Shown here: one piece after another, positions 55,970 through 64,000 of the stretch
Layout: each line of letters opens with the position of its first letter
Position numbering within the stretch: the stretch's first letter is position 1
Assembly (NCBI GenBank): GCA_051294375.1
Contig: CM119271.1
Location: forward strand, 5,073,520 to 5,137,519
DNA length: 64,000 nucleotides
Direction: 5' to 3'
Origin: Paraspadella gotoi
Taxonomy: Eukaryota; Animalia; Chaetognatha
Notes under the pieces: model-generated
Told to the model about the DNA's origin: nothing
Databases searched by the model: none
Seen by the model: the letters and a program-made list of their open reading frames with translations, nothing else
Made by a program: the position numbers and the translations under genes

Positions 55970-56549
55970 ACTCGAGCGGTCGATCTGAGATTATAAAGAT
56001 TGGACTTTGATCTTTTGTTTGAAAATACGTAACCATTTTTGAAATTGAATTATTTATAATACTTAAGTACAAACGACGAATTTTTACCCTGAGAATTTTC
56101 CATATGATGAACTAGGATTTCGATTTACATTTACAGTAGATACTGTTTGTAATGAATTAAACACCTTTGTTACGACTATAAGAAATATATAATTATTGAT
56201 ATTTATACAATTAATATAAAAAAACAAAAACATGCAATTACCCAAAAAATTGGCCACCATAAAAAACTATAGATTAAGTTAAAAATAAATTTGGGTTAAA
56301 GGTACAATATAAAATTTATGGATTTATCCGAAGAATTAAATGAAGAAGATGACAATTTTTAAAATGTCGTGATGTCAAAAAGGACATTATCGTCATCTTC
56401 ATTTTCATTTAATTCTTGGGATATATTTGAAAATTCTATATTGTTCCTTTGTTGAACCAAATTTATTTGGCTCAACAATTTATACGGCGGGAGGGTATTG
56501 TTTCACTTTGGTCTTCTTCGGCATCTTCTTCTTCTATTGATATATTTTT

Positions 56550-57405
56550 TTATTTTAGTTTTTTTTCCTTACTTGAATTAACATTTTTAACATTTTTGAA
56601 AATAATAATAACAAAAGTTAAAATAAAAACTAAAATCAACAAATTTGCTAATCCGATTGTTGTCATGATCCAATTTGAGCTATGAAAAAGAATAAAAAAA
56701 ACCGAATTAAGAAAAACAGAAATATATAATAATGATGATGATGATAACATTTAACAATATAAAATATTCATATTAATTTTTTACTTGTTTTGTTGACTCG
56801 TGGTTGGGTCTGCCGATCTTGTAATTGAATTGGAAGTCGAACTGTGAAATAAAAAAAACGAAAAAAAAAACAACTAAAGATGTACACTTTTAAAAAATGA
56901 ATATAAACAATAAAAAATATGAGAACAACTTTAAATTCATTACTTGTTATTGTACGATATTGTAGACTCCGCCGTCGAAGCCATGGACGCCGCTGACGTC
57001 ACCAGTGTTGAGGGCGCCTCTGGTGACGTCATCGGCATGGACGGCGTCGTCTTTGACGCCGGTGACGTCGCCGAGGTAGATGGCATTGACATCGGCGACG
57101 TCACAGACGTCGATGGCACCGCCGATGGATTCTTAGGGGAGACGGAGATGAGATGAGACCGGGTTCATGGACGAGGAGGAGAAAGGCGGGTTTATGGACG
57201 ACGAGACGGAGGACGGGAGGACGTTCGGGGTCGCCGGTGACATCGTTGCCAACGAAGGAAAAATGGTCCATGACGTCACCGACGTGGGATTTACGGACGA
57301 AATGGAGGATGGTGTAGCCGATGACGTCCTTGCCCATGGATGAAAGGTCACTGGCGTATTTGTTGTCACTTTATTCGTCCGTGTAGTTGACGTGCACGTC
57401 GCCAT
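56550..57405 (-). pseudogene. Ser/Thr/Pro-rich mucin-like single-pass membrane protein, copy 1 (spliced, frameshifted)
   Basis: Exons 56944-~57405 (S/T/P-rich, one frameshift near 57140), 56785-56841 and 56550-56679, joined by phase-2 GT-AG introns. TM segment NWIMTTIGLANLLILVFILTFVIIIF followed by KNVKN. Confidence 0.6.
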
Positions 57406-57865
57406 CGTCGTCGTCCATTTTCCTTTTTAGTTCATCGGTTCAAATGGATTGATAGCGACATGATGGTGGGGTTGAGGGTTTATAAAGGAGGGGAAGATTA
57501 TTTGTTGGGCGATGTGGAGGGGTAATAAATGGGAGTTAATTTGAATTAAATGGGGAGGGAAGGTAATGGTTAAAACAGTGGGGGTAAATAAATCATGATA
57601 ATATGCAGTATTATTTAAATGTACAAAGGTGATGGAGAAGCGACGACGACGTCTAGAGGGATGTCTTCCATCTCCATCTCCAATGTACAAGATTTGAGTG
57701 GCGGTGGTGGTGTCGGCCAACTCAAATATTGTGGGTTCTATGATAGAGCTTGATTTGTTGCTTGCGTTGTTGTTGTCGTGTCTCATCGGGAAATTGTGTT
57801 ACCAGATTTTAAATTCAAATAACAATCAAAACGCTTAACGCGTTTTGAATGTTGTTATTAATCAT

Positions 57866-59130
57866 TTATAGCGTCATTCCTGACGAAGCAGTCAGGTAGG
57901 CGGGCGTCCCAGGTGGTAAACTTGGCATAGTGACCCAAGTGACCAGTGGTAGGGGAGACTCGGGGAGGTTTGGAGAATCATGTGTGGAATGAAAGATGCT
58001 GGTGGGTGGAACCTCTTGATTCATTATGGTGTTGGAGGAAGCAGTGATTGATTGGGTGTCTAGAAGGGGAGGTTCAATTCTACCATTAAGACTTTGCCAG
58101 TACCATAGCTGAGGAGGTATTCCATAGTCATTTAACCACTTTGCTGGAAATTCATCATCATAGTATTCTTTAATAGTATCCAAATCAAACAATGACCTGA
58201 TATTTGTATACATTTCATCTCTTAGCATATAACTGGTAGGGCACTTATGAAAAGTTAAAGGGACATTAATACAGATAGTAGCTCCTTGTTCTTTGTGAAT
58301 GCTTAATAGGGCCTGTTTGCTGTCTCTAAGCACATCATCTGCAACTTTTATAGCGCTAGCATAGTTTTTTTCATCTGCATAAATCATGGTCATCAATCGA
58401 ACTTTCGCACTCAAGAAGACAATTTTCTCTAAGTCAAAATGTTTAGCTGGTATGAACTCATAATAAGGGATGCAAATTTTTAGCCTTCTGGCTCTTAAAC
58501 TCTGTGATGTCACTTAAACAGCTGAACTGACAATAATCTCCTCTTCATTATTTGACTTCCATTTGTATGCTCTGGTTGTGTAGTATTTTTTAAGCTCCTT
58601 AAGTGTCCGTGTCAGTTCTTTTTCAGTGTTATCAGCCCCCTTCCCTTCTACCCATTCTGTTATCCACTGGATTCTACTTTGTCTAATTTCTGGTAAAGTT
58701 AATAATGACAAGTATACAGATACCACATCAGCACTTTCCTTGTGGAATCTCATCTTTTCCTCTGGTTTTGCCAAATTGACTGCTTCTTCTAGCTGATTCA
58801 ATATTGGGTTTTCATTTAATATATCAATCATTGACCCATCACTCAAAAATATTTCTGCTGTTCTAGCATTTTTCCCTGAGGTTTCAGTGTCCCTTGCTTG
58901 GCTGAGGTGATCATCGGGACCCTGCTCACCTCTTAGCGAAAACCCGATGGCTGAGCTGGAAGTGAAGTGTTGATCGATGGGAGTGGAGGCTGTGGAGTTT
59001 GGGCTCGAGATGTTTCAACCTGGGTGGCCTGAAGTGGAGCTTGTTGGTGCTGGGCACCTTGAGGAGGAGGTTGTGGCTGGTGCTGGGTGTTTTGAAGTGG
59101 AGGCTGTGGGTTGCCCTGTGCCGTTGCAAA
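57866..59130 (-). pseudogene. Degraded ~400-codon ORF of unknown origin (Gln/Pro-rich start, CpG-depleted)
   Basis: ORFs 58514-58846 and 57866-58513 abut in the same frame across a single TAA. The Q/P-rich segment 58933-59130 joins by a frameshift. CG dinucleotides are visibly rare compared with the flanks. Confidence 0.5.
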
Positions 59131-60078
59131 AAAAATGTCACAACCGTTACAAACGGATAATTCTGAGGACAAAGTAAAAAAGGAAAAATTGGATATATTA
59201 AATATGAATGTTAGTAAGAATTTTAAAAAGCTTGTAATTTTTTTCGCCGAAAAAAATGCGTAATAAAAAATGCCAAAAAACGCCAAAAAAGACATTTTTC
59301 ATGGCCTTTTTTTCTTTGGAAAACATGTACCGTGGTAGTAAGTATGTTAAACGTATGGAATAATAATAATAACGAAAGAGGGCAGAAGTAAGGTCGTTTA
59401 TACCGATCGACTGACCAACCGACGAAAATCTGAAAACCAAGGGGGGAAAAGGAAAAAAAACTCATGAGTGTTTGTTTTTTTTCGCTTTTCCCCCTTTTTT
59501 TTCGCCGTTTAAAAGAAAAGAGAGAGAGAGAGAAAGAGATAGTAACTAATATTACTACTACGAATAACTTAGCTTTTTTCGCCGGCACCGCGCATCGTGG
59601 TCGTCCACCCCACCCCGTCCCATCTTCTTCTTGGCTTCGGGGTCCATTTTCTTTGTTCGGACATGTATTATTCCAAGGGAGAGAGAGTCGCATTTTTATA
59701 GGCAAAATTTTTTTTTTATCTCTCACTGTGGTGGTGAAAAAGATTGGTTAACGAGAGTAGGTAAAAATGGTGGTTTTATTAAAAAATTAATGAAAAATTG
59801 TTACGATTACCACCACCGAGTATCGATAAAAGTCAAGAAAATAATAGTTTTTTTCGTTCGCTTTTTGGATGGACAAAGAGAGAGAGGTCCCGCCACAGCG
59901 ACAGCTGCGTCAGACGCTGCTAAAAAGTTACTTTCTGCTGGATCGTCGATCCCTCCTGGCTCCTCGTTGTCACGCTCCTCTTCTTCTTCCATTATTCGGA
60001 GGGGAGAGAGAGAGTTCCACGAGGGTGGATAAGTGTCATCGTCGTCGTCCTGCTGGGCCCTTCTCGTCATCCACGTCG

Positions 60079-62262
60079 TCATCGCCCCGTCTTTTCGTCG
60101 TCCCTCGTCGTCGTCGTCTCTCTCCTCCTCTCTTCGGCGTCCAAGATAGCCGCGGCTCGAAACGCCAGATGATGGTTCAAGGGGAGGGAATAATAAGGAC
60201 TCAGCCAGAAGCGTTTGTCCTGTTAGTAATATATATAAATATATATAAATATCTATATATAAATATAAACAAAAAAAATTCAACTACTAACTTTGAAATT
60301 GCTGAGGGAAATTTTTTCCAATTCGACCTTGAACATGGAATATCCGACCGTTCTAAATTGAGTTAGTCTGTGTCGTCTGGGCCTGTCATGACTCAAGACG
60401 TCTTCGAACAAGTCTGTCGTTATAATAATAACAATGATATTTACATAGTACTACATAAATGTAAATCTCTCTCTCTCTCTAAAAACCGACCTGTATTCGT
60501 CAAACGTTGAGCCACCAATCTCTTGGTTATTCCCTTACATCTGGCGCTTTTTTTGACGACGACGAGCCTCTTATCATCGTCATCAACTCCTCCTCAAAGG
60601 GCCAGGTCCTGGCGACGTATCCGTCGGGATCCCCAAAAGTGGCCAGAGTTTCCAAGGAATAACATTTTGGCTTGAGGGATACGCATTTGTACAAAAATCC
60701 GGCACCGGACTCGTCTGTTATTTTAAAAAATGAAATGAAATAAAGTAAAAGGGAAAAAGGGTGAAAGAGAGAGAAAGAGAGTGAGAGAGAAAGAGAGAGA
60801 GTGAGAGAGAAAGAGAGAGAGAGAGAGAAAAAAAGATTTTTTTCTTTCTCGCACCTTTTAAACAACTGAGTCGATTCCTGTTATAATCCCTCCACAGACG
60901 TAATAAAGGCATCCTGTCCTTATTTTCCAACCAATATGGATGAGTTTCTTTGGGACTATAAATGATATAATTATATATTGTACCAATTTCATAATATAAA
61001 TAATCTAATAATGATAATTCAATAATCAATTATTATTATTTATTAGTCTTTAACGTCCAAAATGAAACATAGATTGGCCCAATCGCACCAAAACGAAGCC
61101 AGTCGGCTCTCGTATCGAAAAGCCAATACAAACGAATCCTAAATTATTATTATTTATTAAGTAGAATATTAATCCCCAAAAAAATCGGCTCATCGTGTCA
61201 TTTTACTGTAATCTCACGATCACGTCGGTCCTTGCTTTGTTAAATACTCTTCTTAAATTCATTTGGAAAAATAAAATATTGTGAAATTTTGAATTTTCCA
61301 ATATGATACCTGGATAATTAATTAATTGATTAATTAATTGAATAATTAAATAATTTCTGCGGTAAATAAAATACCTCCGACCATTATCGGTTTGTTCAAA
61401 TTTTGAGACATTGCTTTACCTATAATGATAATAATAATAATAATCCAAAATGAGTTTATCCTGCTGCCGCCGCATCGCAATAATCGTGACCCATCGACTC
61501 ATCGAGTCGTCGGGTCTCTCGAGTCGCGACTATATACTTAGTAACTAAAGCCTACCCCCCTCTCCCTTCAAGGTGAGTACTATCGCAAATCGATCTCGGT
61601 ACTCGAATAGTCGCGAACCGAGGGCGTCACTCGATGAGCCAAGGTGCCATGATTAAAGAATAAAGTTGGTAAACATATTATCACGATGATAAAAATACAT
61701 AGAGATTGGTAAAATCTTGATAAATTAAATGTGTGCTGCCATCGTCCTCAGACGATAAAGGATCGAAGCCCACTTCGCGATTATTGGCAACGGCGTAGCG
61801 CTCAGAAACTTCGCATATGCCTCCGCGAATCATGCGATTGTACGTTAAATACTGAAGGGAATCGGCTTTGCTAAATAATGGGATTTCCACCTTGGTCAAG
61901 GACAGAAAAATGTCGAGACTGATTCCTGCGAAACAGTAATAGTGGGTCGGCGAAATGCCGTGAAGTTTTATCGTGTTTTCTATAAAGTATTCGAAAACTG
62001 CTTCTAAGGTCAAAGTGTCTATCGTATTGTAAAATAGAATTATTTGACCAAAGTTGCTAAAGTTGAACATACGATAGATGGCGAGTGTTTTTTCGTAATC
62101 TTATCGACTGCAAACTTCCTTGGACATATCGTCGGTAAATTCCTCGATGAACGGAAGGTTGGGATCGCTCAAACGGTCCAACGAAAATGCCGAATATGGC
62201 ATTTTTATTTTTTGTAAAATTTGCATAAAATTTTGCCCTTTAGCTTCCCCATAAGTTTCCAC
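60079..62262 (-). pseudogene. polB: Polinton/Maverick/adintovirus-type protein-primed family-B DNA polymerase, interrupted by spliceosomal introns and degraded
   Basis: Segments (-): 61699-62262 (KMPY..., ISPTHYY, MIRGGICEVSERYAVANN, LIYQDFTNLY); 61375-61419 (GKAMSQNLNKPIMVG); 61194-61309 (GIILENSK...LQ*NDT); 61055-61138 (DSFVLAF); ~60855-60955 (THPYW...CLK); 60491-60714 (DESG...VSLKPKCYS...RCKGITKRLV); 60292-60413 (FRT...KISLSNFK); 60079-60219 (DKRFW...SLPLNHH). Motif order matches the Polinton-type pPolB C-terminal half. Confidence 0.85.
61492..61648. mobile_element. Small inverted-repeat element inside a polB intron
   Basis: ctcatcgagt...tcgcgactat versus atagtcgcga...actcgatgag arms. Confidence 0.5.
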
Positions 62263-63505
62263 CTATGACCTATGACTACACGATTCTACGGCGATGTTCA
62301 TCTGTACATCGGAATCTCCCAAAACCCTTTCTACACACTGGTGCCATCTATCGAAATTTTCCCCTAATAGTTCTACGCTAAATCTATTGAAGAATGATCT
62401 GTAACCTAATAAATTTATTAGGAAATCTTCCCCCTCTTCCCAATTACTAAACTCTACCTTACTCAGAATTTTATATGATATAGTATACATTTCAAATATA
62501 TCCCACATAAGAGAGTAAGAAAAACCGGTAGAAAAATGTATCATGTTGAAAAACTGTTAGTCCGGTTAAGTCACATACTGTAGAAACGGGGTCCGATTCA
62601 AACACACTTTGTCTTTTATTTCTTTCTCGCTATCTCTATCTCTCTTTTGATTTTCTCTCGCTATCTCTCTCTCTCTTTTATTTGAACTCGGCGAACTCGT
62701 TGAAGTCGAGATAAGAGATCTTGAGATCTTTTTTTGAGTTTGATCTTTTGTTTAAATTATTGAGTTACTTAAGTACATCTACAAACCAAGGTATAATTAT
62801 ATTATCTTTTGTTTAAATTTTCTTTGACTCGAATTTTCTTTGACTCGAATAATCTTTTTAAGTACAATCTTTTAATTACTCTCTCTCTCTCCTCTCTTCT
62901 CTTTCTCTCTCTCTCTCTCTCTCTTTTCTCGATCTTTCTCTCTGTCCATTTTTGCACGTGAATCACACCTGATTTTTGAAAATGGATTTGAGGATTTGAG
63001 TAAATACAAACATTAAACATTTTGATGTCAATCGTATCTAAAAGCTTTTTACAATGCTTATCAGGATTGTTTGATTTGAGATTTAACAGTAGTTACTTTT
63101 TTAGATTTAAAAAAATTAAGATATAATATCGTTAAAATGAGTATATTAAATTATAAAAAAAAACAATGACACAAAAAATAAATGAATGATTAATTAAATA
63201 TATCAATTATTTAAAAAATTAGCCAGCGTAAAAAACCCGTGATTTTATTTAAAAAATAAGAAAATTTTTAAAATTAAGGGAAATATTGAATTAAACGATT
63301 TAAGAGAAAGAATTAATTAAAGAGAGCTGGTGATGTCGAAAAGCACATCGTCATCACTTCGTTTAATTCTTCTCCAAATGTTTAACTCAATATTTCCTTT
63401 TAAATTAATTTGGCTAATCGGGGGTTTTTGATGCTGGCTAATTTTTTGGGGGAAGGGATAAAAGATGAGAACATATTTACATTGTGGGTTGCAAGGGGGG
63501 GAAAT

Positions 63506-64000
63506 TTATTTCCTCTGGTTCTTCCTCTTCCTGTTCTTCAACCAAATATTTGACGATTTTAATTGTCTTTTTTCTTTTACATTTTTCTTTACCATTTTAA
63601 AATAATAATAATGAAACTTAAATACATAATTTAAAATCATCAAATTACCCAGAGAAAGAGTTATTAACATCCAGTTTGTTGAAGACTTGGACACTGGGGA
63701 TGGGTAGGATGAGCTGGAGGAGGAATTTGCAATCGAGGTCGCCTGTGACGCAGATGACGTCGCCGGGGTCGATGATATCGACATTGTTTTGTTTACCGGC
63801 GACGTCATAAACGTCGGCGGCCTAGACGAGGTCGGTGTAGTTGTATCCGTTTGCACCCTCGGGGACGACGCCGAGGGTGCTGAAGATGCCGGGTCTTTTG
63901 ATGTGTTACTTGTAGATTTCGGCGACGCCGGAGCGGTGCTGCTCAACGGCGCCGACGAAGAACTTGGCGCCGACGAAGAACTTGGCGCCGGGTCTCTTGA
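63506..64000 (-). pseudogene. Ser/Thr/Pro-rich mucin-like membrane protein, copy 2 (runs off window)
   Basis: S/T/P-rich frame ending STNWMLITLSLGNLMIL, paralogous to SNWIMTTIGLANLLIL of copy 1. The rest of the TM and the acidic tail need frame changes. Confidence 0.55.

Noticed and set aside
61203-62103. Stop-codon reassignment or readthrough to explain the in-frame TAA codons in polB
   Set aside because: The two TAAs fall where different residues are expected (Glu-like and Tyr), and they co-occur with a frameshift and a mutated donor, which fits decay.

Overview
Eukaryotic (invertebrate-animal-like) genomic DNA: AT-rich, full of (GA)n/(GTC)n microsatellites, with many N gaps in the first 17 kb. 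Almost all ORFs in the supplied track are artefacts, and the real genes are spliced. I reconstructed these by hand: (1) two tandem minus-strand FAD-dependent L-amino-acid-oxidase/amine-oxidase paralogues with 13 matching coding exons each, including conserved GC-AG introns; (2) a divergently oriented plus-strand MALT1-like paracaspase (death-domain-like N-terminus, 3 Ig domains, caspase domain with GHG and LDTCR) whose introns carry Penelope-type minimal hammerhead ribozymes; (3) at 60.1-62.3 kb, a Polinton/Maverick/adintovirus-type protein-primed DNA polymerase B that is split by several host-like spliceosomal introns, one inside the catalytic DTDS motif, and is now degraded. It sits in a >10 kb all-minus-strand module (53.5-64 kb) with duplicated mucin-like membrane-protein genes, paired long hairpins, a shared upstream motif and orphan ORFs. 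This intron-bearing virus-like module is the best candidate for an undescribed system. TTAA-flanked Kolobok-like MITEs, tRNA-derived SINEs and Helentron-like repeats fill the intergenic and intronic space. No database searches were run, so family calls rest on recognised motifs.
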